Shown here piece after piece: positions 56,181 through 64,000 of a stretch of 64,000 nucleotides of DNA. This DNA comes from Clostridia bacterium (GTDB lineage: Bacteria; Bacillota; Clostridia; Acetivibrionales; JAFADI01). The notes under the pieces are model-generated. The model had not been told where the DNA came from and did no database searches. It was given only the letters and a program-made list of their open reading frames with translations. The DNA is taken from contig JAOACY010000032.1 of assembly GCA_026417615.1 (NCBI GenBank), positions 638 through 64,637 of the forward strand, written 5' to 3'. The first letter of the stretch is position 1, and each line of letters starts with the position of its first letter. The position numbers and the translations under genes were made by a program.

Positions 56181-59100
56181 ACGGCACGCCTCCTTTCCTG
56201 CAGCGCTTGTTCTATTCTGTCAAGGAGTACAGCCCTGTCAAGCTTGAATTCGTAAAAGTCAAAGCCGGCCTCAAAGCCTGCCTTCTTTTGCTGTTCTCCC
56301 GTAAGCGAGGTGACCGCGATAACAGGCAGATTACGCAAACGGTCATCCTCACGTATTTTTCTGACCAGCTCCAGTCCGTCCAAAACAGGCATATTAATGT
56401 CACTTACCACTACGTCCACCTTGTTTTCCTGAAGGAATTGCAGAGCTTCCCTGCCGTTTTGCGCCAGCAGCACCTTGTAGCCTGCTCCTTCAAGATAGCT
56501 TCTCTCCATGCGCTGGAAGAACGGTGTGTCCTCAGCCACAAGCACAACCTTTTCCTCTCTTGCCTTTCTTCCTAAGGCAGCGGCATAATGGTGAGGGTCA
56601 GCCAGCTCAAACAATTCATACATGTTTATGAGCAGCACCATGGTCTTGTTTATTATGGCTGAACCCATAAGCCCTTTTGCGGATAAAACTTCCTCGTTGA
56701 GCCTTATGCTCGTCAATACCGTATCATCAATCTTCTCAATGAGAATGCCAATAGGGTGCTTCACCAGCTTTGGAACAATAACATACAGCCTGTCCTGCAT
56801 TGACTCATGCTTTGCAACAGGGAGGTAGTCCTCAGGCCTGATTACCCTTAATGAGCTTCCTCGGAATTTTATAAACTCTTTGTCGCCCACTTTATCAATA
56901 TCTGCACGTTTTATTTCCTCCACCCTGGATACCATCGAAAGATCAATGGCAAAGGTTTCAGGACCAGAGCATTTGAAAAGCAAAAGATTTTGCTGCTCTC
57001 TTAATCTTTCTTCATTTTCTTTTGATTCAATGGTAATTTTATCCTCCCCATCTTCTACAAATCTCAGGTTCGCCTTGGAAATAATGCCGTCGGGATCAAG
57101 AATCATCGCAGTTTTACCGTCCCCCATTATAGTTACCCCTGAATAGCATTTACTGTTCTTAATATATTTGGACAGAGGCTTTACAAGTATCTCCTCACTT
57201 CCGTGAATGGCATCCACCGCCACTCCGAACCTCCTTGAGCCGATTTTCAACACAAGTATCCTTATTATATTATTCAGGTCACTCCTGCGAGATTCAATAG
57301 CATATGAGTCATTTGAAATATCTGTCTCTGCGTTGGCAAAATGCATCCTTCTCCTGTCATACAAGGTCTTTCTCCTGTCTTCTTTTGTTTCCCCTGTCAA
57401 GGGATCCTTGTAGGTTCTGACAAGTCCCAGCACATCTGCAAGGTGAACTATGGGCAGCAGCCTTCCTCTAAGCCTTAACACCTCAGAATTATGTACATAT
57501 TCAATTTTTCTTGCAGCCTCTCCGGGCCGTATCCGGACAATCTCCTGGAGATTTGCCTGCGGAAGCGCAAACTTCTGCTTCTCAACCTCAACAATAAGAG
57601 ACGGAATGATGGCAAGAGTCAAGGGAAGCAAAAGCCTGAAGGTTGTTCCGGCGCCTGCGCTGGTGAATATTTCAATAGTCCCTCCCAGCTTTTCGATATT
57701 GGTTTTCACGACGTCCATGCCAACTCCTCTTCCCGAAACATCCGTAATCCTTTCAGCCGTAGAAAAGCCAGGCTTGAATAGAAGCTGCAAAACCTCCTGG
57801 TCGCTCATTGAAGCCACATCGGATTTTGATGCCAGTTCTTTCTCCAGTGCCTTTTTCTTTATTTTCTCCAGGTTTATGCCCGCTCCATCATCCACTATGT
57901 CAATATTTACATAACCTCCCTCATGGTATGCCTTTAAAACGATCCTCCCGACCCTCGGCTTGCCCTTTTGCTCTCTGATTTCCGGAAGCTCCAGGCCGTG
58001 GTCCGCAGCATTTCTTACAAGGTGTGTCAATGGATCCCCCAGTGCCTCGATAATGGATTTATCCAATTCCACCTCTGTTCCTTCAAGCTGAAGCTCAATT
58101 TCCTTGCCAAGCTTCCTTGACAAATCCCGAATTATCCTCGGAAATTTATTGAATACATTTGATATCGGCTGCATTCTCGTCTGCATTACCTTTTCCTGAA
58201 GCTCTGTTGTTATCCTGTCTATGTTCTGAAGTATGGGCTCAATTCCGGAAATATCCTTCCTGTAGCGTTCCATTGCCCGAAGCAGCTGATTTCTTCCTAA
58301 AACCATTTCACTTGCCAGATTCAAAAGATTATTCAGCAAAGAAACATGGACTCTTACACTGTCTTCAAAAACCACGGGCTGGTTTTTCTTATCAATTGCT
58401 TCTTTTTCCTGTTCTTCTTTTTTGTATTGGTTGTGCAGGCCAGACTTGTGCTGAACGAACGGCTGCGTTTTCCCGGCGTTATTTAACAAGTCCTCTGTTT
58501 TTGTATTTGAGTCAAGCTCCTCAATGCGGCTCTCGGGAATATCAAGGGCCATTGGCAGCAGCCCCTTCTCCAGCACCGTGGTAAACAGGAAAGTGAAGGT
58601 TATTTCTGAGTTGAGACATTTGTCGAGATCTTCGATGCTGCTTAAATCTGTTTTTGAATCCACAATATTTCCAATAGACTGAATTTTGTTGAAAAATTTT
58701 ATGGGAGTTATATTTTTTTTGCCAAGGTCTTCATTGAGCAGGAGCCTTACCCTGTAAAGCTTGTGACCGTGCCTTCTTCCCTCCTCTATAATTATCCTTT
58801 CAGAAGTGCTGTCATTGTCGCTGAGCTTGTCTGTTTGCTTTTCAGCGATAAGTCTTCCTCTTTCAAAAGCAGCCGCAAGCTTAATGGTATATTTGGATAT
58901 GTCACACTCCTCGCTCCTGCCGACTTCCAGTATCATTCCTTTAAGGCAATCGTTAGAAGCCAGAAGCAAGTCAATCAGCTCGCGGTCTATTTTCGTTCTG
59001 TTGTTTCTAAGCTCCCCAAGCACATTTTCCATCGAATGTGAAAGCTCTACAATTTTTTTAAGGCCAAAAAAGCCTGCTGTTCCTTTTATACTATGTATGG

Positions 59101-59233
59101 CGCGGAATATTGTATTTATCTGCTCTAAATCCTCTGATGCGTCATCCAGCTTTAAAAGTCCCGATTCTGCTTTTTCAACATTCGTCATGGCTTCTTCTAC
59201 GAATTCGTGAATGAATTCCTCGTTCTGCAGCAA
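56177..59233 (-). CDS. cheA: hybrid chemosensory histidine kinase CheA (Hpt - dimerisation - HATPase - two CheW-like domains - REC)
   Basis: 1018 aa with an Hpt His in RAIHSIKGTAG, HATPase boxes (HLVRNAADHG, DDGAGI, GRGVGMD) and two CheW-like segments. The C-terminal REC has VLVAEDT and VVVSDINMPVLDG. Confidence 0.92.
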   Translation of the reverse strand: MLQNEEFIHEFVEEAMTNVEKAESGLLKLDDASEDLEQINTIFRAIHSIKGTAGFFGLKKIVELSHSMENVLGELRNNRTKIDRELIDLLLASNDCLKGMILEVGRSEECDISKYTIKLAAAFERGRLIAEKQTDKLSDNDSTSERIIIEEGRRHGHKLYRVRLLLNEDLGKKNITPIKFFNKIQSIGNIVDSKTDLSSIEDLDKCLNSEITFTFLFTTVLEKGLLPMALDIPESRIEELDSNTKTEDLLNNAGKTQPFVQHKSGLHNQYKKEEQEKEAIDKKNQPVVFEDSVRVHVSLLNNLLNLASEMVLGRNQLLRAMERYRKDISGIEPILQNIDRITTELQEKVMQTRMQPISNVFNKFPRIIRDLSRKLGKEIELQLEGTEVELDKSIIEALGDPLTHLVRNAADHGLELPEIREQKGKPRVGRIVLKAYHEGGYVNIDIVDDGAGINLEKIKKKALEKELASKSDVASMSDQEVLQLLFKPGFSTAERITDVSGRGVGMDVVKTNIEKLGGTIEIFTSAGAGTTFRLLLPLTLAIIPSLIVEVEKQKFALPQANLQEIVRIRPGEAARKIEYVHNSEVLRLRGRLLPIVHLADVLGLVRTYKDPLTGETKEDRRKTLYDRRRMHFANAETDISNDSYAIESRRSDLNNIIRILVLKIGSRRFGVAVDAIHGSEEILVKPLSKYIKNSKCYSGVTIMGDGKTAMILDPDGIISKANLRFVEDGEDKITIESKENEERLREQQNLLLFKCSGPETFAIDLSMVSRVEEIKRADIDKVGDKEFIKFRGSSLRVIRPEDYLPVAKHESMQDRLYVIVPKLVKHPIGILIEKIDDTVLTSIRLNEEVLSAKGLMGSAIINKTMVLLINMYELFELADPHHYAAALGRKAREEKVVLVAEDTPFFQRMERSYLEGAGYKVLLAQNGREALQFLQENKVDVVVSDINMPVLDGLELVRKIREDDRLRNLPVIAVTSLTGEQQKKAGFEAGFDFYEFKLDRAVLLDRIEQALQERRRAV

Positions 59234-59251
59234 TACATTTCACCTCTTTTT

Positions 59252-59557
59252 TCAAGCTTCTATGCTCATTACCTCATCCAGCTTCATAATCTTGAACAGG
59301 TTGGAAATTTCATTGTTTATTCTTATTATCTTGAACTTCTTCCCCAAATTAAAAACGCTTTTATACAACCCTACTATAAATGTAACACCCACCGAATCTA
59401 TGCTTTTTACGTTTTCAAGATCCAAAACCACCTGCTCGTAAGCTACTTGCGAATCAATGAAACCCTTCGCGCTGTAAATTAATTCCTTCACTCTGCTAGA
59501 TACAATATCAGATGTAGGTGTTAATCTGATTACATTTTCTTCAATTGACCCCTTCAT
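59252..59557 (-). CDS. STAS-domain anti-sigma-factor antagonist-like protein
   Basis: About 101 aa with the Ser motif VKSIDSVGVTFIVG. The likely start is MKGSIEEN at 59557. It ends 18 nt before cheA. Confidence 0.8.
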   Translation of the reverse strand: MKGSIEENVIRLTPTSDIVSSRVKELIYSAKGFIDSQVAYEQVVLDLENVKSIDSVGVTFIVGLYKSVFNLGKKFKIIRINNEISNLFKIMKLDEVMSIEA

Positions 59558-59981
59558 AAAAATCCCTCCCGTAACCAAGTTTTGAAATATCTGCTTTCAC
59601 TGTAACCTCGCTGCAGTTTACCTTAATGTCAAACCCTAACTTCATTATTAAATACAATCCTCTGTGGCGCAATCCGTCAAGCTCTTTAGAACACTGAGCC
59701 TCTTCAGGTTCTCTTATGCAAAACCCCTCCCCTTCATCAGCAATCCTTGCCTCTATGCTGCCGCAATCAAAAGAAATGAAGCATTTTACTTTTTTTTTGC
59801 GTTCCATTCTGTTTCCGTGTTCAACGGCATTATTCAATAATTCTCTTAAAGCAAAACAAATTATAAAAAGCCTGTTTTTATCAGTAATGCAGCACTCTGT
59901 GGTGAAAAATTCAGAAATAAGGGCCATTGCAAGATCCACATGCTGGAAAGTGGATTCTGTAGCTATTCTGAAAACAGGCAT
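59541..59981 (-). CDS. RsbW/SpoIIAB-family serine kinase-like protein (GHKL), first gene of the chemosensory operon
   Basis: 146 aa with N-box NNAVEHGN, G1 ADEGEGF and a G2-like RHRGLYLIM. It is paralogous to the 15-455 product. Confidence 0.75.
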   Translation of the reverse strand: MPVFRIATESTFQHVDLAMALISEFFTTECCITDKNRLFIICFALRELLNNAVEHGNRMERKKKVKCFISFDCGSIEARIADEGEGFCIREPEEAQCSKELDGLRHRGLYLIMKLGFDIKVNCSEVTVKADISKLGYGRDFYEGVN

Positions 59982-60145
59982 ATAAGCTCCTTTTTAGAGA
60001 AACAGCCAATTATTTGTTTACATAAAGTTTAAGTCGGGCTGTTAGTCTCTCGACAATATTCTTCAAGTTCCGACATCAATTATTATATTTATACCAAGAA
60101 TATTTTGAATCAAACAGAAAAGTTTTGACCCCCTATGTTTAATTA

Positions 60146-60310
60146 TTGCAACTATGTTAGATTGGAAGTGGAAATAAATTTCTGCAGGGTAATTTCTCAC
60201 GACCCAAAAGGAATTCCTCTTAAGAAAAGTGAATTCATGCCCCTCCCTAAAGACATTTCCCTCGAATTCATCTTTTCGATGCTATAGAAATTACCCCGGA
60301 AGAAACTTAT
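60146..60310 (+). mobile_element. group II intron 5' domain-I fragment (copy C), degenerate 5' terminus
   Basis: Plus-strand 60225-60290 (AAAAGTGAATTCATGCCCCTCCCTAAAGACATTTCCCTCGAATTCATCTTTTCGATGCTATAGAAAT) is nearly identical to the minus strand of 25790-25855. The 5' end reads TTGCA instead of GTGCG. There is no domain V and no RT nearby. Confidence 0.55.
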
Positions 60311-60328
60311 TTCCAAATTGCCATAGAG

Positions 60329-61750
60329 CTATTGGTGTAAAACTTTTTTCTCCTCATGATACTCATCATCCGAGTTTATATCCCAAGTGTCATAGTCCCT
60401 GCTCCCCTGAACAATATTTTTTGCTGCAAGAAGGCCCGTCATAATTGAATGATCCATATTGTTATATTTGAAAAGCCCATATCTGCCTACCAGCTGCAGG
60501 TTTGAAAACTTTTTTAAATATTCTCGAATCTTCCCGAGGTATTCTCTGTAACCCATCATATATACAGGGTATGCCTTTGGAACTCTCACCACCAGATAGT
60601 CCTCAACGTCATCAGCTCTGCAGATATTTATCCTCTCAATTTCCGCAGCAGCAAGCCTTACAAGATCTTCATTTTTCATATTCCACAAATCGTCATTTTC
60701 GTTGCAGAAATATTCCAGGCCCAGAGAGGACTTATTTTCATCAGGCACCATATTTTTGCTCCAGTTTTTAAAATTCTGTATTCTACCCAGTCTTACTTCT
60801 GGAGAGTGTATATAAATCCAGTTGTCAGGAAAAAGCTCTTTTCTGTTGACAATAACATCAACAGTTATAACACTCCTGTATTTCAGCTTTCTTGCAGCTT
60901 CTATAATTTCCCTTCCGGGAGGAGGGTTCATTATCTGAACAAGCTCTGTTACAGGAATGCTGGAAATAAACTCCGTGCCGCTCATTTTATTTATGTTAAC
61001 TTTATCGTCAATATACTCTACATTATTAACCCTGAAATCCGAGTGATTGACCCTGGTAATTTTTGACTTTAAAAATACTTTTCCCCCTAAAGACTCAAGA
61101 CGGTTTTTCATATGAGTATACATCATGCCGGGTCCGTATGCCGGATAATCAAATTCCTCAATCAATGTTTTGATATCGCTTTTTTTGGACTTATGCAAAG
61201 CATTAATTATGGCTCTGGAAAGATCCAGGCCTTTAATCCTCTGTGCCGCCCACTCAGCTTGTATTTCACAGCATGGTATTCCCCAAACCTTCTCTGTGTA
61301 AGTCTTGAAAAATATGGAATAGAGTTTTTTCCCGAATCTGTTGGACACCCATTCTTCAAAAGTTTCCTCTTCTTTGCACGGAAAAAGCTTGGCTCTAAAA
61401 TAGCTCGATAAAATAAGCGCGGTGTCCTTTATGCCTACACCCATGAGAGCGTTTAAAGGGGTAAGAGGATAATTGAAGAATTTATTTCTGTAATATATCC
61501 TGGAAAGCCTGGGCGTTTTTTTGAAATTATCCCCCAGCACATCCTTCCACAAATTATTTACCGCGTCAAATTTAGTAAAAAACCTGTGCCCTCCAAGGTC
61601 AAAATAGTACCCCTTGTACTCGACCGTCTTGCTTATTCCGCCAACCATGCTGTCTGCCTCAAATATAGTTACAGGTATTTTGCTTCTTTGCAGCTCGTAG
61701 CCTGCAGAAAGCCCTGCCGGCCCTGCCCCCATTATTACAACTTTTTCCAT
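60329..61750 (-). CDS. FAD/NAD(P)-dependent oxidoreductase (amine-oxidase / UDP-galactopyranose-mutase-like fold)
   Basis: 473 aa with an N-terminal dinucleotide fold VVIMGAGPAGLSAGYEL...FEA. It is adjacent to a GtrA-family gene. Confidence 0.75.
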   Translation of the reverse strand: MEKVVIMGAGPAGLSAGYELQRSKIPVTIFEADSMVGGISKTVEYKGYYFDLGGHRFFTKFDAVNNLWKDVLGDNFKKTPRLSRIYYRNKFFNYPLTPLNALMGVGIKDTALILSSYFRAKLFPCKEEETFEEWVSNRFGKKLYSIFFKTYTEKVWGIPCCEIQAEWAAQRIKGLDLSRAIINALHKSKKSDIKTLIEEFDYPAYGPGMMYTHMKNRLESLGGKVFLKSKITRVNHSDFRVNNVEYIDDKVNINKMSGTEFISSIPVTELVQIMNPPPGREIIEAARKLKYRSVITVDVIVNRKELFPDNWIYIHSPEVRLGRIQNFKNWSKNMVPDENKSSLGLEYFCNENDDLWNMKNEDLVRLAAAEIERINICRADDVEDYLVVRVPKAYPVYMMGYREYLGKIREYLKKFSNLQLVGRYGLFKYNNMDHSIMTGLLAAKNIVQGSRDYDTWDINSDDEYHEEKKVLHQ

Positions 61751-61824
61751 TACCGAACCTCCTGATTCCTGTTTTAGAGCTGAGTATGCAAAATTAATTG
61801 AATTCCAGCCAATTCAATATTTTT

Positions 61825-62259
61825 TCACGAGACTGTTCGAAATACTGCAATCCTCCTTGCGGAGAAGTTCCAAAGCAGCACAACGAAGGCCGAAATGATT
61901 TTGGCAAACAATTTCAATAAATTAGACTCCATAAAGCTAAAAACTGCCCTTAAAGCCCCGGCATCAATCAGAATAAACAAAAGAAGGTTGCTTATTCCCA
62001 GCCCTAAAATTCCGATTAAAGCAAACAAGGTAAAATCCCTGCCGAACTTGTGCTCATAGTGGTTAAACACCCATTCTCTGCTAAGAAAATAGTTTACAAT
62101 CAGTCCGACAGAAAACGAAAGTGTGTTGGCCAGTAAATGATTAAAAGCCAAAATCCCTGTGCCCATGTAATATAGCGATATGTCTGCTGCAGCAGCGACT
62201 CCTCCGACAAGTGAATATCTCACGAATTGCCCGGCGAGGTCTGTAATTGCTTTCCTCAT
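61825..62259 (-). CDS. GtrA-family membrane protein
   Basis: 144 aa, four TM helices, with FVRYSLVGGVAAA and a C-terminal WNFSARRIAVF typical of GtrA-like proteins. Confidence 0.8.
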   Translation of the reverse strand: MRKAITDLAGQFVRYSLVGGVAAAADISLYYMGTGILAFNHLLANTLSFSVGLIVNYFLSREWVFNHYEHKFGRDFTLFALIGILGLGISNLLLFILIDAGALRAVFSFMESNLLKLFAKIISAFVVLLWNFSARRIAVFRTVS

Positions 62260-62388
62260 ATAAACTCCATAAAAGCATCTTAAAAATCAATAGTTATTAT
62301 TAGCCTGTGGCGGAAAAAAATTCAGTGATTTTATAAGCAAAAAAAGAGATACTATGCTTATAAAGCTTTTTTATCTCAGGAGGAAATA

Positions 62389-62598
62389 ATGACTACAACA
62401 ATATTTAATGTGCCTTCAATTTCTTGCAGTGCCTGCTCAAATAAAATCCAGCAGGAATTGAAATCAGTCAATGGAGTTCATGATGTGCAGATAGATATGA
62501 AAACCCAGACCGTGAGGGTTGAATTTGATTCAGCAAAAATTCAGCCTCAGGACATCAGAAAAACTGTATCTTTAATGGGTTATGAAGTGATAAGATGA
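62389..62598 (+). CDS. copZ: heavy-metal-associated domain protein (CopZ-like metallochaperone)
   Basis: 69 aa with a CxxC metal site (ISCSACSNKI), a ferredoxin-like HMA pattern and an AGGAGG RBS. Confidence 0.8.
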   Translation: MTTTIFNVPSISCSACSNKIQQELKSVNGVHDVQIDMKTQTVRVEFDSAKIQPQDIRKTVSLMGYEVIR

Positions 62599-62789
62599 GT
62601 TTCTGGGAACCTATCAATAAATAGCCAAAAAGCAGAAATGGAGTCAGCTAATTGACAAGGAATTAGTGAATTATGCATCTTGTTTCAAGAAAATCTGTTT
62701 TTGCAATACAATCAAACCTATGTCAGAATTAGCTGAATCAAATCATAACAAATATAGCTTATGTCATCTATCATAGTTAGTTGAGGGCT

Positions 62790-63461
62790 TTATATTTTTA
62801 ACACCTTTAATATTGCCTGCTGTTGATTCTTAATGTGCCTTTCCGCTGCATTTTGCGCCAATTGGGGGTCTTTGGCTGTGACTGCTTCAATAATGCTTAA
62901 ATGTTCGTTTACAATGTCTTTAGGGCTATGGTAGTCCTTGAGGTATATTACCCTGAACCTGTGAACCTGTTCTCTCAGATTGCTTATTATCTGAATCAGC
63001 TTGTCATTTCTGGAAGCCCTGTAGATTACCTCATGAAACTCAACATCCTTTTTTATCGAGCCTTGCAGGTTTTCCTTTTCAATATTATTAGCAAACTGGC
63101 CCTGAACATGCTTCAAGGTCTTTATTTCATCTTCTGTAATCCTTTGTGCGGCAAGACTTGTCGCAAGTCCGTCCAAGCAAGCCCTAACCTCCAGAACATC
63201 CATAATATCCTTTACCGAAAGCTGGGCAACATGAGCGCCCTTCCTGGGAAGCATGTTTACCAGGCCTTCAAGCTCCAGCATTCTAATTGCTTCCCTTACA
63301 GGAGTTCTGCTTACTCCCATTTTCTCAGCAAGCTGAACCTCCATAAGCCGCTCTCCGGGCTTAAGCTCTCCAACAATTATGGCTTCCCTTAAAGAAGCGA
63401 ATATTACCTCCCTTAATGGCTTGTAGTCATTTAGATTTATTTTGGATAATTTACCTGCCAA
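62790..63461 (-). CDS. GntR-family transcriptional regulator (FadR/FCD subfamily)
   Basis: N-terminal wHTH (LMEVQLAEKMGVSRTPVREAIRMLELEGLV) and a C-terminal FCD-type helical domain. Confidence 0.88.
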   Translation of the reverse strand: MAGKLSKINLNDYKPLREVIFASLREAIIVGELKPGERLMEVQLAEKMGVSRTPVREAIRMLELEGLVNMLPRKGAHVAQLSVKDIMDVLEVRACLDGLATSLAAQRITEDEIKTLKHVQGQFANNIEKENLQGSIKKDVEFHEVIYRASRNDKLIQIISNLREQVHRFRVIYLKDYHSPKDIVNEHLSIIEAVTAKDPQLAQNAAERHIKNQQQAILKVLKI

Positions 63462-63464
63462 AGT

Positions 63465-64000
63465 CTATCTCTCCTCACATATTGTTTTTGTTTGAATACA
63501 TTCCCATGGTGAATTTTTTAACACACTTAGCGCTTTTTTTGCCGAGGCTTGATCCTCAAATATACCAAAAACCGTCGGGCCACTGCCGCTCATCATGCTT
63601 CCGAGCGCCCCCAGCTCAACAAGCTTTTCCTTAATATCTCTTATAACACTGTACTTTTCCTGTGTAACCGTCTCCAGAACATTTACCATGTTCCTGGCCA
63701 GCAAATCAATCCTTTTTTCCTTCAATGCTGTCAAAAGAAGCTCTGTGTCAGGTCTTCGAACTATTTTTTCAAGGCGCAGGTTATTATATACCCATGATGT
63801 TGCAACCCCTATGCGTGGCTTAACCAATACCAAGTCCACGCCTTCCAGCGGCTCAAGCCTTGTAAGGATGTCGCCTATGCCTTCGGCCAGCATTGTTCCT
63901 CCATTTATGCAGTACGGCACATCTGCGCCGATATTTTTACCAAGTGCCATCATTTCCGCCGCATTCAGCTTTAATGAAAACAAGCTGTTCATTGCCTTTA
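63465..64000 (-). CDS. ispE: 4-diphosphocytidyl-2-C-methyl-D-erythritol kinase (C-terminal part; N-terminus lies beyond the window)
   Basis: GHMP-kinase C-terminal motifs (GADVPYC, MSGSGPTVFGIF). The reading frame is open to the window edge. Confidence 0.85.
   Translation of the reverse strand, partial: KAMNSLFSLKLNAAEMMALGKNIGADVPYCINGGTMLAEGIGDILTRLEPLEGVDLVLVKPRIGVATSWVYNNLRLEKIVRRPDTELLLTALKEKRIDLLARNMVNVLETVTQEKYSVIRDIKEKLVELGALGSMMSGSGPTVFGIFEDQASAKKALSVLKNSPWECIQTKTICEER

Noticed and set aside
62605-62680. Possible fourth, heavily deleted copy of the intron 5' segment (ATAAATAGC ... AAGGAAT ... AGTGAATTATGCATC)
   Set aside because: Only three short word matches in the right order, with large gaps. 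That is too weak to distinguish from chance without an alignment statistic.

Overview
This is a 64-kb chromosomal window from a low-GC, spore-forming Firmicute. Gene content looks Clostridia-like (sleB-ypeB, hisZ plus short hisG, CIRCE-groESL), but the species cannot be determined from sequence alone. There are about 60 genes, almost all on the minus strand. From left to right the window holds the following. (1) A partner-switching sigma module: STAS, a degenerate RsbW-like protein, a SigB-like sigma, and a second intact RsbW-like kinase. It runs on directly from lysS and an HPD-less J-like membrane protein. (2) greA, guaB, motAB, and groESL with a perfect CIRCE operator. (3) A complete his operon (hisZ-G-D-C / hisB-purC-hisH-A-F-IE) with purC embedded, then pcrA and hpf. 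(4) An accessory, decayed patch at 24.4-34.3 kb. It contains an AT-rich DnaA-box cluster and a wrecked group II intron (domain V/VI, RT-tail pseudogene, 5' segment) interrupted by a transposase fragment. It also holds a YesM/YesN-type two-component system with a sugar ABC importer, a second intron 5' fragment, and an IS4/IS701-type transposase fragment. (5) dnaD/dnaI-like replication genes, a CPBP protease, and a 203-bp long inverted repeat in the sleB-ypeB 3' region. (6) A ugtP-like glycosyltransferase, yhaO/yhaN-like nuclease/ATPase genes, acpS, and a PspA (ESCRT-III-fold) gene next to a two-lobed AAA+ ATPase. (7) An 11-kb, 12-gene chemosensory operon that opens with an anti-sigma-kinase/STAS pair and carries a CheA-REC hybrid, two CheY and three CheX. 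Two candidates seem most likely to be undescribed biology. One is the chemosensory/partner-switching hybrid operon, which may communicate with the SigB-like module at the other end of the window. The other is the PspA + AAA+ pair. All calls rest on motif-level recognition by eye; no database search, folding or statistics could be run.
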